Shown: positions 1-10,510, counted from the first letter of the stretch. The stretch is DNA of 64,000 nucleotides from Longimicrobiales bacterium (GCA_965116905.1 OZ220732.1:768001-832000); one strand, 5' to 3'. Translations and numbers: made by a program. The notes: generated from the sequence alone by a model not told the origin.

Positions 1-52
1 CGGTCAGCACCACGGTCAGTATAGCCGCGCGGAGCGAGCGGGAACGGATCAC
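1..52 (-). CDS. 5' end of a secreted protein running off the left edge
   Basis: GTG at 52 reads MIRSRSLRAAILTVVLT (signal-peptide-like); AGGAAGG RBS-like motif upstream. Confidence 0.45.
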   Translation of the reverse strand, partial: MIRSRSLRAAILTVVLT

Positions 53-421
53 CGGCCCACGACCTTCCTGCTTACGGCAGCCCCGATCCGATACCTCCCG
101 ATGGGGCTGTGCCGTGTCCACGTCCTCAGAAGACTTGCTTCCATCCATTACTGTGTCCTTCCTCATCGGTGCGGAAACAGGTTGGATTCGGTGATTGAAA
201 GGGTCATATTCGTCGAACCAGGAGGCCGCGATAGCACGATTCCTCGACGCTCTATATGAGCGACCATATCGCGATCACATAAACAGAAGGCGCGATATAA
301 TTGTGATCCACCCAGGATTCCGCAATAGACCAGCGGAGCCCGCCGCCACCAGATCACCCAAGACATCGAACCAGCCGAACGTACGGCTTGCGTGGACCGG
401 GTCCGACCCGGCCGGCCCCAA

Positions 422-1549
422 ATGACCGGCACTCTCCGACTACTCCCGCTGGGTCTCCTGCCCCTGTTGGCTTCGTGCGACGCGCTGAGCCCGTCAGTGG
501 GTGCGATCTCCGGCCAGGTCGCCATTGACGGTCAGGGTGTCGGCGGCATCGAGGTGACGCTGAGCAGCGGAGTGAGCGCCACTACCGATGCAACCGGCGC
601 TTACCGATTCGATCAGGTCCAGGGAGGTTTGTACACCGTCGCGATCAGCGGCTACCCGCTCGACGCCACCTTTCAAGCGACATCGGAACTGGCAGAGATC
701 GTCGCCGATGGGCAGACGGCCATCGTCGACTTTCGAGGAGAGTACATACGCACTGCCAGCGTGATGGGGCGCGTGACCCTCGAGGGCCGGGTGCTCCCTG
801 GTGTCACGGTGCAACTTGACGGGATGTCCGAACGCCTGACCGCGACGGACGGAGTCGGTCAGTTCGCGTTCGAATCGCTTCGGGCCGGAGCCTATACGGT
901 GACGATATCCGACTTCGGGGAGGTCGAGTTCACCACGACCGCTCAATCCGTCTCGCTGGCCGTCGGTGAATCCAGGGTGCTCAGCTTCACCGGAAGGTAC
1001 GTCCGCAGTTCGAACATTTCGGCAACTGTAAGGGTTGCTGGCACCGGACTGCAGGGGGTCACCCTACGACTGGCGGGCCAAGGCGAGGTGGCCGACACCG
1101 TAACGGATGCCGCGGGGCAACACACATTCGCCGAACTCCGGGCAGGCACCTATTCCATCGAGATTTCCGGCTTCTGCAGTGACCATCTGAGTTTTCCGAA
1201 CACGAGCCAGGACGTGTCGGTGGCGGTGGATCAGACGGCGATCGTCACGTTCGACGGAAGTTACCTGCTCGAGGGCAGCATCGTCGGCCGGGTGTCGATC
1301 AAAGGCATGGGGATGGACGGGATATCGGTCTCCCTCAGCAATGGGGCCTCCACCGCAACGGCTGGTGGCGGGTGCTATCGCATCGACGATTTGGAGCCGG
1401 GCTCCTACACGGTCACGATCAGCGGATACCCTGCGGACGCCAGGTTCGACCAAACCTCAGCTCAGGTCACCATCGGTGATCACGGCGGGACGGTCACCGT
1501 CGACTTCCGCGGCGTCTACGACCGTACCGGGGGCATTGTTGGGGGCTAG
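422..1549 (+). CDS. Lipoprotein with four tandem carboxypeptidase-regulatory/Ig-like beta-sandwich repeats
   Basis: Lipobox LLASC after ATG 422; four repeats of G.V...G..V.L......TD..G.Y.F..L..G.Y.V.IS. Confidence 0.8.
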   Translation: MTGTLRLLPLGLLPLLASCDALSPSVGAISGQVAIDGQGVGGIEVTLSSGVSATTDATGAYRFDQVQGGLYTVAISGYPLDATFQATSELAEIVADGQTAIVDFRGEYIRTASVMGRVTLEGRVLPGVTVQLDGMSERLTATDGVGQFAFESLRAGAYTVTISDFGEVEFTTTAQSVSLAVGESRVLSFTGRYVRSSNISATVRVAGTGLQGVTLRLAGQGEVADTVTDAAGQHTFAELRAGTYSIEISGFCSDHLSFPNTSQDVSVAVDQTAIVTFDGSYLLEGSIVGRVSIKGMGMDGISVSLSNGASTATAGGGCYRIDDLEPGSYTVTISGYPADARFDQTSAQVTIGDHGGTVTVDFRGVYDRTGGIVGG

Positions 1550-1623
1550 GTCAGCGTGGACGGCCAAGGGCTCGCTCGACCAGCCGTGGCGGACCGGATC
1601 TCAGGTCTCTTCCGCCACGCACG

Positions 1624-2202
1624 GTGATGTGGACACCCTGCGGTGTATCCTTCCTGAAGGAGGAAGGTGCATTCTCGTCCCGAGCTTTTCGATTCTCCGC
1701 TGTTCTCCTGGACAGATCGGACCCCAAGATGAGCAGAAAAGGCAAGAATACGACCCATGAGGCGCTTCGGCGCTGGCGTGAAACCCCAGCCGTGAACCCC
1801 AGCCACAAGACGCCAGCACTCGGCGTGACCGAGCGGGGCGGCACGATTGACGTGAACAGTCGCAGATGGCGTACGGCGATGGCGGTGGCAACGATCGCGG
1901 TGGTAGCGCTAATGGCCCTGGGTCCACAGGAGACGCCAGACCTTACCACGCTATGGCACCAGCTTGAATCCTGTCAGGCGGATGAGCACAATGCCAATGA
2001 TCACATGCGTCGCATTGCCGCCTTCAATCGCAGTCGATTGCTCCCGCCCCACCAAGCCACATTCGACAGTCTCTCTACTGTGATCGATGCGATTCATCGC
2101 CGGGAAATGGAGGCCGGTGCCGACCTCTTCGCTGAATTGAGGAAGATCGGAGTGGTTCGGCAGTATCCGGTTGGCAGTGACTATCCACCATGTCCTCAAT
2201 AG
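1624..2202 (+). CDS. Hypothetical protein with one TM/signal segment (true start probably downstream)
   Basis: Hydrophobic AMAVATIAVVALMAL followed by a helical domain. Confidence 0.4.
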   Translation: MMWTPCGVSFLKEEGAFSSRAFRFSAVLLDRSDPKMSRKGKNTTHEALRRWRETPAVNPSHKTPALGVTERGGTIDVNSRRWRTAMAVATIAVVALMALGPQETPDLTTLWHQLESCQADEHNANDHMRRIAAFNRSRLLPPHQATFDSLSTVIDAIHRREMEAGADLFAELRKIGVVRQYPVGSDYPPCPQ

Positions 2203-2624
2203 CGCCCGCGGACCTGACCGGAGCCTCGGAGCCATCTTGGAAGTGAAGTTGCCCCGCTTTGACGGACACCCTTTTTCGTTGGAGCCAGCGAGGAGGTGAG
2301 CCATGGCGGGAAATAGAGGGCGACCCCAGCGGTCCCCGCCGAGTCGGGCGCGCCGACCTGCAACTGTCAGCACGCGCTTCACCGCGGTGGTGTTGGTCTC
2401 CTCGAGGATCCTCTCCTCCGTCAAGTAGTCTCGAAGGAGGAGCAGATACGTCCCTTCTTCTGCGTCATGATGTGATTCTCCCTTGCTCACTGCCTCCCGG
2501 TACCGGCTCCTTCCCGCTGGGGTCCCGCCGGTCGAGAGTCTCAATTCGTTGCGGCGCAGCGCGGCGGGGTCTACCATGCTGTGCGCTGCGGGTGCCATAC
2601 CCTCGGCGCAGACAAAGGAGCGAC

Positions 2625-2840
2625 ATGGACGTTGGCCGCATCGTATACATCACCGTGCTGGTGGCGTTCGCCGTGGGATTAGTGTTTTACTGCATCTTCG
2701 GCGACCACGAGGAACCGAAAAAGCCGGCCCCGCCGGACATCGACCTGTCGGACGTGCCGGACTTCTTCGACGACGAGGAGACGGCCAAGGCCAAGCGGAA
2801 GCGAATGCACGAACGCCTCTATTACGGTGGCGGCGAATGA
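2625..2840 (+). CDS. Small single-TM hypothetical protein
   Basis: AAGGAG RBS, ATG 2625, N-terminal TM helix; ATGA overlap with the next gene. Confidence 0.55.
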   Translation: MDVGRIVYITVLVAFAVGLVFYCIFGDHEEPKKPAPPDIDLSDVPDFFDDEETAKAKRKRMHERLYYGGGE

Positions 2841-3148
2841 AGGTGCCGGAACCCCCGAACGGCTGGGCCGACCACGATCCCGCTGAAGTCTGGCTCAAGG
2901 CACTGGCCCGGCGCGGCTTCCCCTCCACCAAGGTGGGCCGGTCGGAGTGGCGGGCGACATGCCCCCTTTGCCGGAGCGTGGACAGGTTTCGCGTTCTGCG
3001 CGGCCCCGACGGCTACATCAGCGGCGGCGAGGACTCAAAGACAACGTTCACGAAGCCGCTGGACGTGCGGTGTCTGGACGGCTGCGACGTGCTGGCCGTC
3101 GCCCGAGTCCTCCATCCGTTCCAACGTGAGTGCGGCCGCGTCACGTGA
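2837..3148 (+). CDS. Small Zn-finger protein resembling a primase zinc-binding domain
   Basis: WRATCPLC...VRCLDGC motif; translationally coupled to the upstream ORF. Confidence 0.5.
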   Translation: MKVPEPPNGWADHDPAEVWLKALARRGFPSTKVGRSEWRATCPLCRSVDRFRVLRGPDGYISGGEDSKTTFTKPLDVRCLDGCDVLAVARVLHPFQRECGRVT

Positions 3149-3335
3149 GCCTGTCCAGCCTGTTCGGCACAGTGGCGGGCGTTGCCAGCGTTTTCGGACC
3201 TTCACCGCATAGTTGTTGGGTAACGCGCGTGACAGACGTCAAGGGTGCGTGCCCGGCGGCTGCCGCCTCAAGATGGATCAGTGCTTCGTCAATCGAGGTT
3301 GAGGAGAGAACGAGGCGGCCCCGTGTGGTCACGGC

Positions 3336-3380
3336 CGAAATGTCAACCACAGTTTCCATTCCGTAAACTCAAGTTGACAT
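3336..3380. repeat. 45-bp palindromic direct repeat, copy 1 (att-like)
   Basis: cgaa-ATGTCAAC-cacagtttccattccgtaaactcaa-GTTGACAT; 37/45 identical to 13817-13861 by eye. Confidence 0.75.
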
Positions 3381-3396
3381 CGGATGGCCATTGGGG

Positions 3397-4512
3397 TCAG
3401 AACAGGGTCGGATTGGGCAGCCGGAAGCGGACGCGACATCCTGCCGGGTAGCTGAAGCGCCTTTTCCGGGTTCCGGGCTCGACCTCGATTCGCTCGGCTT
3501 GTTCCATGGCTTTCAGCTGCTTCCTTAGGTGCCCTTCGTGGAATATGGTCGCGTCGGACTGCACGAATGTCACTACTTCCTCAATCGACACCCACCCCGC
3601 GTCGCGGAACCTTCGGTCGAGCGCGTCCGTGAGGGCTGTGAAGTCAGGCTCGGCAACACCGAGCATCACCATCTGCTCGGAGTCGCCCCCCCGAAAACTG
3701 AAGTCTCCAAATGGAGCGACCTTCCAGATTGCCTGCTTCATGCGGTCTGACCCGAGCGAGTGACCAGTGGCGAAGAACACGGAGTACCTGAGACTATTCC
3801 CCTTGTACAGGTGAAAGTGGAGCACATGGCTAGCGCCAGCGCTCTTGAGCTGGGCCTTGTAGAGGGAGTAGAGATGCCGACGCCGGTCACTACCATCCAT
3901 CGCCGCTGCTTGTCGCCACTCGGTGGTGCCGAACAACGCGTCCATGTGGGGCTCGAATTCTTCCGTGGTCAAGAAGCGGTTGATCTCCTCCCACATGAAC
4001 GTGACGTACACCTCGCATCTCGGGTTCTCGAGAATGCCCCGGACCACGCTGAGCGGGATGTCCTTGACGCCGAATGGGTCCATCATCACGAGGGCCGGGG
4101 CCATTTGCTTCTTTTGATCTTCCAGTTCCTGGAGCACTTCGGCCATACGGGATTGGAACGAGTCTTCCAGCACGTGGACTTGCGCGCTCGAGGGCAACTT
4201 GGGTCGCCACCGATTCACCCGCCCGTTGAGGTGTGCCGCTCGCTTGGGATCCTGCTCAATGAACACGAACACCACTTCTGCGCGGATGGTTGCCGGGTGC
4301 TCGGCCAGCACCCGCATGGCCACCACCGCGGAACCTTCTTCACCCCCGGCGTATTCGCCCGGTCCAGCGAACCCGTCGACGAATAGAATCCGACCATTCG
4401 CATTTCCCATGCCCAGAATCGGAAACCAGGCCTTCAGATACTCCGCCAGCAGGAGATGCTTGCCTTCTGTGTGGTCGTCTCGCTCCCAAATCGTCGCCCT
4501 TGGTGCTGCCAT
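3397..4512 (-). CDS. tcmP: Three-Cys-motif partner protein (SAM-methyltransferase-like, C-terminal wHTH)
   Basis: HTEGKH N-terminus, FVDGFAGPG and MDPFG motifs; directly downstream of DUF5131. Confidence 0.85.
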   Translation of the reverse strand: MAAPRATIWERDDHTEGKHLLLAEYLKAWFPILGMGNANGRILFVDGFAGPGEYAGGEEGSAVVAMRVLAEHPATIRAEVVFVFIEQDPKRAAHLNGRVNRWRPKLPSSAQVHVLEDSFQSRMAEVLQELEDQKKQMAPALVMMDPFGVKDIPLSVVRGILENPRCEVYVTFMWEEINRFLTTEEFEPHMDALFGTTEWRQAAAMDGSDRRRHLYSLYKAQLKSAGASHVLHFHLYKGNSLRYSVFFATGHSLGSDRMKQAIWKVAPFGDFSFRGGDSEQMVMLGVAEPDFTALTDALDRRFRDAGWVSIEEVVTFVQSDATIFHEGHLRKQLKAMEQAERIEVEPGTRKRRFSYPAGCRVRFRLPNPTLF

Positions 4513-4517
4513 CGACT

Positions 4518-5315
4518 CTACGCTAGCTCTACTTTGTCCTCGCCCGGAAACTCGTCCCAGGTCACCCCATCCAGCTCCCGTCCTCCGGCCTTTGGCGTCC
4601 GGCCACCCCACTGCTTGAAGAAGAACGGCACCCGCGCCGACCGGCACTGATCCCGCAGCTGCCTCGCCCACTGGCGACTCATCGGCCGCGCTCGCGCCCC
4701 GCTCTCGCCACCCACGATGACCCAATGCAGTCCCGCCGCCTGGTCGGACCCGTTCAGGAAGCCTCCCAGGTCAAGGGGGCCCAGCAGAGGCTCGCAGCTG
4801 AGAAAGCGGATGACGGCCGGGACCGCGAGAAGGTGCCGCACCCGGTAGTCAACCGCCTGATCCTCCACCGAGGTGCCGATCCAGATGTGGGCCGGAAGGC
4901 CGTCGGGCAGCAGGTCCCGGTTACGCCCGACGAACTTCGCCGCTCGGGCCGGTCGCTTGGTCAGCACCTGATACACGTGTCGATCCACGTCAAGCATCAC
5001 GCGGAAGCACCGCCTCACGAACTCCTCCGGAACGTCGCGGTGGAACAGGTCCGACATGGAGTTGACGAATACGCGCCGCGGAGCCCGCCAGGATCCCGGG
5101 ATCGCGAGCCTTGCCGGCCACACTCTGACCGCGAAGGGGTCGGCGCGGTTTTCGGGGGTGTCCACGACCGGCATGCGCGCCCGATAGGTGGTCGCCAGCA
5201 GCCTCTGGGAAAGGGTCGCCGCGTAGCAGTGGTCGCACCCCCGTGAAACGCGGGTGCATCCCGTCGTCGGGTTCCAGGTCGCGTCGGTCCATTCGATCGC
5301 GCTGCGGTCGGGCAC
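4518..5315 (-). CDS. DUF5131 / phage Gp37-Gp68 family radical-SAM-like protein
   Basis: SAIEWTDATWNP, GCTRVSRGCDHCYA, FVNSMSDLFH, WVIVGGESG, FFKQWGG; GTG start with AGGAGG RBS. Confidence 0.9.
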   Translation of the reverse strand: MPDRSAIEWTDATWNPTTGCTRVSRGCDHCYAATLSQRLLATTYRARMPVVDTPENRADPFAVRVWPARLAIPGSWRAPRRVFVNSMSDLFHRDVPEEFVRRCFRVMLDVDRHVYQVLTKRPARAAKFVGRNRDLLPDGLPAHIWIGTSVEDQAVDYRVRHLLAVPAVIRFLSCEPLLGPLDLGGFLNGSDQAAGLHWVIVGGESGARARPMSRQWARQLRDQCRSARVPFFFKQWGGRTPKAGGRELDGVTWDEFPGEDKVELA

Positions 5316-5507
5316 GGCTGCCTCCTGGTTGGTAGGGTGCGGAATCGAGCCGAAAGATACCGTCTTCGGGTTTTGTTCGCCATCTCTATCTCGTGGCGGC
5401 CGGCCATTTGGGACGGCCTCGGTCCCCATCCAGTCCATGGTTCCTGCTGACGAACGGAGGGGAAGAACAGGGCGACGACGTGCAGTCCCGGTGACGTCGG
5501 CCACCCC

Positions 5508-6214
5508 GAATGGTACGGAGCCAGAGGGGAGAGTCCCTCAGGCCCATCAGGATGGTCCTCGTCGGGCTCGATGCGAGCGCCCACCGAATGGTGTCCTACC
5601 TGGCGGACAGGGCCATCGACGTCCGGCTGGTGACCTTCCATGGCTACGTTCACGACTCAAGAGATGCTGTTGGCCAGGCAGGTACGGGCTGCGGACGATA
5701 CCCGTACGTCGTCCGCCGGTCCGCCAACCGCGTTTGACCTGAAACGGAAGGCCACCGAGCACGGCGTCGCGGAGATCTGGCAGGATGCACGGGAATCGCT
5801 GGACTACAGTGTCGGACGTACTACACGAAAGCCGGCATCACCTATCTGCAGCGGACGACCACCCTGCCCGATGGCGTGCGTGTCCGCAGGTCGCATTCCG
5901 TAACGATCGGCGAGGCCGGAGAAATCCGGATCACGTTCTACCCGGCGGCCGTCGACCTGTGCTACGAGGAGTTCGAGCAGCTCAAGCGTGCGATTCCATT
6001 CGGAGCCGAGAAGCGCCCGAACGCGCCGGCGACGCGACGGGCGACGAATCGGTGGTACTGTCGGCTCGACGAACGGTCATGGCAGAGGTTCAGGACGCCT
6101 CTGATTGCGTTTGTGCGGGCCGTGGAGGACGCTTGGCGGGGGCATGAGCGGAAGGTGGCGGATGCCGGTAGCGCGCGCGTTGCGACAGACGAAGCGGAGT
6201 TGGGGAACAGGTAG
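5508..6214 (+). pseudogene. Repeat copy A: 5'-truncated, frameshifted copy of a putative nuclease-family gene
   Basis: Near-identical to 14776-15438 and 23118-23831; split over three reading frames. Confidence 0.85.
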
Positions 6215-6253
6215 TCCTTTCGACTGGGGGGATTGCCGAGCCGCAACGAACCC

Positions 6254-6375
6254 CGGCATGACCTGCCTGCAGCGGACGACCTGCCTGCCTGACGACGTGC
6301 GTGTCCGCGGGTCGGTTCCGAGACGATCGACATCTTGGACAGATACGGAACACATTCTGTCCGGCGGCCGTCGCA
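6254..6375 (+). repeat. Degenerate partial copy of the same repeat
   Basis: ccggcatgacctgcctgcagcggacgac...gtgcgtgtccgcgggtcg matches the interior of copies A-C. Confidence 0.7.
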
Positions 6376-6482
6376 GGCCGACCGTAACTAGCCTCGGGCG
6401 AAGAGGTCACTGCCTCGGTGTCAAACCGCGCTACGAGGGGCACCGGCGTTTCCATTCATTCTCGGGGCCGAGATGCGGCGCG

Positions 6483-8723
6483 CTACTGCGAAAGACCGGT
6501 GTGAACCGGCACTTGTATGATTGGCCTCAGCGGCTGGAGTTGCGCTCGGTAGGTCTGGACGACACGGTCGTAGAGGTCCTGTACTCTCGGTGCCTCCACC
6601 GTCACGATGAGCGCGTAGCGGATCTTGCCGGCGCTGGTGTCGCTCCGACTCTCCGAACGCGCGTTGTAGTGAATGTCAAAGACGGGCCCATCTAGGCTTT
6701 TTCCGAGCTTGCCAACACGACGGTGGAGGCAAGTCTCCCATTTGTGCGCGTCATCGCGAAGTGGCCAATCCGTAGCATAGAGTTGCGCTGGCTGGAAGAA
6801 CGGGGCCGTATTCGGATGAATCGCGTCCTTTCGACGGAACTTGGACCTGTGCGGCCGAAAGAAGACCGACAAGCCGCTCTTAGTGTAGTTGCCTGGATGT
6901 TCAGGATCCACGGCAGTGGCGAAGCAGAATGTCGCGGTGATCTGGACTCTCCCACTCAACTCGCCCGGCGGTAGCGGTAAGCGAATACGCCTGTAGGCTG
7001 CTGCGGTGATCTCATCCTGGTAGACCACACGCACACAGCCGTCAGGGCAGATGACGAGGTCGTCCAAGTCGGCGGGCAACCGACCCCACCCGGTTTCGTG
7101 CCTTGGCCCTGTGCCCGGATCGGTACAGTGGATCAAGAGTGCTTTGATGGCGAGCGGGCCGAGCACCGGCCCCAAGTGCGCGCGCACTGCGAGTGCGGAC
7201 CGCATTGCCAAAGGCGCTGCATAGCTTGTGCCTTGCGTCGCGATGGCACGGTCGGAATCTGTGGGGTCGTTTACCCAGAAAGCTTCGTGCTGGCTGCCGC
7301 CGAAAGCGACAAGATCCGGCTTTACGATGCCAGGTGAGCGCCCTGGCCCCCTTGAGCTATAGGGTGCCCGTGCCCAGTTGCCGTTTCGCCGATCGCTCGC
7401 ACCTACGGTGAGCCCATTGACGCAGTCGGAGGGTACCTGGATACGCCAATTCTCAAGGACCGGATCTTGGGGTTCTTGGCCAGTGTTTCCCGCTGCGATG
7501 GTGGCAAGAGAGCGCCCATCCGACAGGTGCTCGTCGAGCACAGCCGTCCAAGCGTGGACATCGTGGTCGTCGATCGGCAAGTGTGGCCCAATGCTGAGAT
7601 TGAAGAATTCGTAGTTGCCTTGTGACAACACAGACCTGACCCGCTCGAGTACCTCGTACAGTTCGGACGGATCACGATATGAGTTGGCGTCAAGCACCCG
7701 GTGGTGGTCGATCCGGCACAACGGGCGCTGCACCTGCGTCTCATCGATTGAGCCGAAGAGCATCGCGGAAGTCACGCCCTCCCCGTGGGATAGTAGCTCC
7801 GCATCAGACTGGCCCACTCCCGGTCCGTCGACGGGATTCGCCCATGTAGTCAACGGACTCGACTCAGGCAATCCTCCATCGAAGACGGCCACACGTAGGT
7901 TCGGGTCGAGGACGCCCTGTCCCGGCAATGCGGCGATCGGCCGCGTTGTAGGCTGGCTGCGCAGAACTGGCTGAGTGTTACGGAGCCTCGGCATCTCCCG
8001 TACCACGCGCAGGAAAGAGAAGTGGGCAACGTCCTGCGCCTCTTGCTCATTCGCGCGCAAACGTAAGAAGCAGAGCTTCCCCGCGAAAAAGATGCGATTA
8101 AGGTCGGGATTGAGTCCGAGATCTCTCAGGTAGACCTCGAATGACGCAAGGATAAAGCGATCCGCCGGTTTCTCACTCGCATGAAGTACAACTTCGAGAG
8201 GGAGCCTCTCTTGGCCCATTGTGAGTGGTCGAATTCGCTCCCTAGCCTCGAAAACGGACACCCTTTCAATCGCGGGAAGATGGACAGCCCCGAAGGAGTC
8301 CTCTGTCCAGGAGGTTATCTGGTCTGCGAGTCTGCGGAAGGATCTCCGGGCTCCGGCCACGAACAACTCCGTGGTCACGGCTTCCGTCGGCTCGCGACCG
8401 CGGCTACGTTTTTCCGGGCGAATCTGGCGGGCACGGCTGCCGATCGCACGAAGACCACTCGCCCTTAGGAAGCTCGCTGGGAAGTAGCTCTTCGCATAGT
8501 ACTCTGGATGGAGGGTAAAGGCAGCAACTGCTTCATCGTTCGGACAGGCGTTTGTCGGTAGCCTATCCAATACCGAAGCGGTACTCGCCAGCATTGGCGC
8601 GACACGACCACGTGCCTCGCGAAAACTGTAAGGTGCTGCCTTCGGTCCACCGCCCGTGGTCATCTCGACAGCAGCCGTGAGGCGCTCACCGTACCCCAGC
8701 AGGTAGTTTCGCCCATCCGGCAT
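6483..8723 (-). CDS. ietS: S8 subtilisin-like serine peptidase (IetS-like)
   Basis: Catalytic motifs VFDGG, HGEGV, GTSYAAP; KPDLVAFGG; abuts an AAA gene. Confidence 0.85.
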   Translation of the reverse strand: MPDGRNYLLGYGERLTAAVEMTTGGGPKAAPYSFREARGRVAPMLASTASVLDRLPTNACPNDEAVAAFTLHPEYYAKSYFPASFLRASGLRAIGSRARQIRPEKRSRGREPTEAVTTELFVAGARRSFRRLADQITSWTEDSFGAVHLPAIERVSVFEARERIRPLTMGQERLPLEVVLHASEKPADRFILASFEVYLRDLGLNPDLNRIFFAGKLCFLRLRANEQEAQDVAHFSFLRVVREMPRLRNTQPVLRSQPTTRPIAALPGQGVLDPNLRVAVFDGGLPESSPLTTWANPVDGPGVGQSDAELLSHGEGVTSAMLFGSIDETQVQRPLCRIDHHRVLDANSYRDPSELYEVLERVRSVLSQGNYEFFNLSIGPHLPIDDHDVHAWTAVLDEHLSDGRSLATIAAGNTGQEPQDPVLENWRIQVPSDCVNGLTVGASDRRNGNWARAPYSSRGPGRSPGIVKPDLVAFGGSQHEAFWVNDPTDSDRAIATQGTSYAAPLAMRSALAVRAHLGPVLGPLAIKALLIHCTDPGTGPRHETGWGRLPADLDDLVICPDGCVRVVYQDEITAAAYRRIRLPLPPGELSGRVQITATFCFATAVDPEHPGNYTKSGLSVFFRPHRSKFRRKDAIHPNTAPFFQPAQLYATDWPLRDDAHKWETCLHRRVGKLGKSLDGPVFDIHYNARSESRSDTSAGKIRYALIVTVEAPRVQDLYDRVVQTYRAQLQPLRPIIQVPVHTGLSQ

Positions 8724-9911
8724 CTAGCTGCTCCCTCGCTTCCCGGATGTCGCGTACTTGCGGATGGTGTCGCGACTGACGCCGGTGATCACGTTAGCTT
8801 GCCGCTGCGAAACGACTCCTTCTTCGACTAGGGACACCGCGATCTCTTGGCGCCGCTTGCGATCCAGCGACCTAACGGTGTCACGGAGTACTCGTTCCAG
8901 AGCCCTCTCGATGTTACAGCCATCAACCGCGGCCATCCTCCGAGCGTGGTTCGCGGCCTGAACCGCGGCGCTGAAAGACGAGCCGGCTAGTACGCTGCCG
9001 AGTAGCCCCGGCCACGGCGATGTCGCACGTAGTTCCAAGTGAGCACGTAGTACGGCCGTGACCGCCTTTGCCTGTGGCAGGGGGAATTCTACTACGACCT
9101 CGAACCTCCTCCACACGGCGGAGTCGAGGAGCTGGGCATGGTTAGTCGCTGCTAGAAGCAGGCAACTGGGCGGCCACTCGTCGATTTCCTGAAGGAGCAC
9201 CGTGACCAAGCGTTTCAATTCTCCGATTTCGCTCGTATCGTCCCTGCGCTTCGCTACAGCGTCGAGTTCATCCAGCAGAAGGATGCAATCCCGGTCACGA
9301 GCGAAATCTAGCACGGCCCGCACGTTGCTCCCGGTGCGTCCCAGGAAGGAACTCATCACAGCTGAGAGGTCCAAGATGGCGAGAGGCTGCCCGAGCTCGC
9401 GAGCCATCCACTTGGCCGCGAACGTCTTGCCCACACCTGGTGGCCCAGTAAAGAGCACGGTCCGGGTCGGGTCCACCCCCGCCTCCGCCAATCGCGCTCT
9501 CGACTGGTGCTCGCGAGCGACTTGCCACAGAGCCGTCCAGACATGCGAGTCGTATACTGGCTCGACCTCTAGGACTGGCGCCTCGATCATCCGAACCAAG
9601 GGAAGGCGGGAGTCTCCGTCGACTGGAAGGCCTTCCGGCTCAATTCGACGGGTCGGATTTGCAGTCCGCGGATTCTCCCGCAGGAGAGCGGTCAGTTTGT
9701 CGGCCAGCTCGGGAACGGACGAGCGGTAGCGACGGGCGTATTTTCGTACGAGTACAGCGACATCCCGCTGGCGACCCGCAAGCGCGACCCTTGCCAAGTG
9801 GAAGATATCACTCGTCATTCTGTCGTTTTCGTCCGTCTGGACCATAAGATATGTCCGTATCGATGTTAACGGGTGGACGATTACGCGAACCTTCGAATCA
9901 GTATAGGCCAT
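8724..9911 (-). CDS. ietA: AAA+ ATPase (IetA-like); start probably near 9845 or 9818
   Basis: GPPGVGKT, LLLDELD, ATNH..LLDSAVWRRF; C-terminal HTH-like tail. Confidence 0.85.
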   Translation of the reverse strand: MAYTDSKVRVIVHPLTSIRTYLMVQTDENDRMTSDIFHLARVALAGRQRDVAVLVRKYARRYRSSVPELADKLTALLRENPRTANPTRRIEPEGLPVDGDSRLPLVRMIEAPVLEVEPVYDSHVWTALWQVAREHQSRARLAEAGVDPTRTVLFTGPPGVGKTFAAKWMARELGQPLAILDLSAVMSSFLGRTGSNVRAVLDFARDRDCILLLDELDAVAKRRDDTSEIGELKRLVTVLLQEIDEWPPSCLLLAATNHAQLLDSAVWRRFEVVVEFPLPQAKAVTAVLRAHLELRATSPWPGLLGSVLAGSSFSAAVQAANHARRMAAVDGCNIERALERVLRDTVRSLDRKRRQEIAVSLVEEGVVSQRQANVITGVSRDTIRKYATSGKRGSS

Positions 9912-10189
9912 TCCATACTACGAGGCAACTCCCACCATCCTCGCTTGCCCTTGAGTGCTCGGGTCCGGCGCCGCGGCCTCGGGGGCTAGGCTTGACCGTG
10001 TGGGACCGCCCGGTGAACCGCTGGAAGAAGCCCCTCGACCTAGGCCTAGGCTATGTACGGCAGGGAGCCCCCACTTAAGTCGCCCAACCGTCAAGACGAC
10101 GAGGCTGGAGGATACACCTCTTGGGGGTACCGTGGGTTCACAGTCAATCCCTTCGCCTTCGAGCCTTCACGATCCGATTAGGGCGGGAT

Positions 10190-10510
10190 TCACTCTTCTC
10201 GGTCATCTTCGATTAGCGCCTCCGTCACCTTCTTGACCAGGTTGAGGGTCCTCGAGTTCGATCGCGACGCTCGCAGGAAAACGGGGTCGACCAACACGGT
10301 GGGACTATCAGACCCACGACCCAGAAGCGCGTCAGTGCTCAGTTCGAGGGCGTCGGCCAAACGAACGAGCGATTCGAGCGACGGCGCACGCTGTCCGGTT
10401 TCGAAGTGAGAAACGGAGGCCGCGGCAATCCCGGCTTTGGCTCCCAGCTCAGCTTGCGTCAGGCCGCGCATCTTGCGGTTCTCCCGCAGCCGCTCGGGCA
10501 GGCCATCCAT
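10190..10510 (-). CDS. XRE-family HTH regulator, divergent from the ubiquitin operon
   Basis: RGLTQAELGAKAGIAAASVSHFETGQRAPS. Confidence 0.9.
   Translation of the reverse strand: MDGLPERLRENRKMRGLTQAELGAKAGIAAASVSHFETGQRAPSLESLVRLADALELSTDALLGRGSDSPTVLVDPVFLRASRSNSRTLNLVKKVTEALIEDDREE

Noticed and set aside
78..109. Hairpin cagcccc...ggggctg as a terminator
   Set aside because: Lies between divergent starts and lacks a U-tract.
3340..3380. Integron attC interpretation of the palindrome (AAC...GTT)
   Set aside because: Only 41 bp, poor fit to RYYYAAC/GTTRRRY, and no intI in the window.
3397..5504. ORF-track starts at 4725 and 5504 for tcmP and DUF5131
   Set aside because: The extensions overlap neighbours or non-coding DNA; family N-termini (and an RBS for DUF5131) support 4512 and 5315.
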